The position numbers were made by a program, and so were the translations under genes. The notes beneath the pieces were generated by a model that saw only the letters and a program-made list of their open reading frames with translations, was not told the origin of the DNA and did no database searches. 64,000 nucleotides of DNA from a phage. Positions within the stretch are counted from its first letter, which is position 1. Every line of letters starts with the position of its first letter. The DNA lies in the sequence record PZ386978.1; one strand, given 5' to 3'. Of the stretch, positions 63,981 through 64,000 are shown one piece after another.

Positions 63981-64000
63981 AAAGACACGAAAACTTATCA

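Overview
This window reads as a virulent, large myovirus genome segment with a T7-like replisome, most likely a Felix-O1-like (Ounavirinae) phage; that identification is inferred from gene content and order, not from any search. All calls come from reading the translated ORFs and the DNA by eye; no database search, alignment or folding was run. Layout: (1) 1-23485 plus strand, structural module: large terminase, portal, S49-type prohead protease/scaffold, major capsid, sheath, tube, chaperone pair with a canonical -1 frameshift site, tape measure, Mu/P2-like baseplate, and two tail fibres sharing a collar plus HxH-repeat C-terminus. (2) 23523-34329 minus strand, early/DNA-metabolism block: thymidylate synthase, DHFR, many small unknown proteins, ATP-dependent ligase, an HNH-AP2 endonuclease, family A DNA polymerase. 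(3) 34557-63980 plus strand: dNMP kinase, T7 gp4-like primase-helicase, SSB-like protein, 5'-3' exonuclease, HNH and GIY-YIG endonucleases, MazG-like protein, NrdA/NrdB/glutaredoxin, NrdD split by a group I intron carrying an HNH gene, NrdG, a Prs-like plus NadV-like pair (NARP1-type NAD+ reconstitution candidate), rIIA/rIIB-like genes, and a lysis cluster. The most unusual feature is noncoding: four modules at 27098-27540 and 28651-28797, each a stem-loop with a conserved loop and covarying stem, then an array of 11-18 pentamers with strict 5-bp periodicity (NNACC on the plus strand), then a conserved CCCTCTTA-box hairpin. They flank a two-gene cassette of unknown proteins. I could not assign a function and flag it as the best candidate for an undescribed element. 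No tRNA, CRISPR array or integrase was found.
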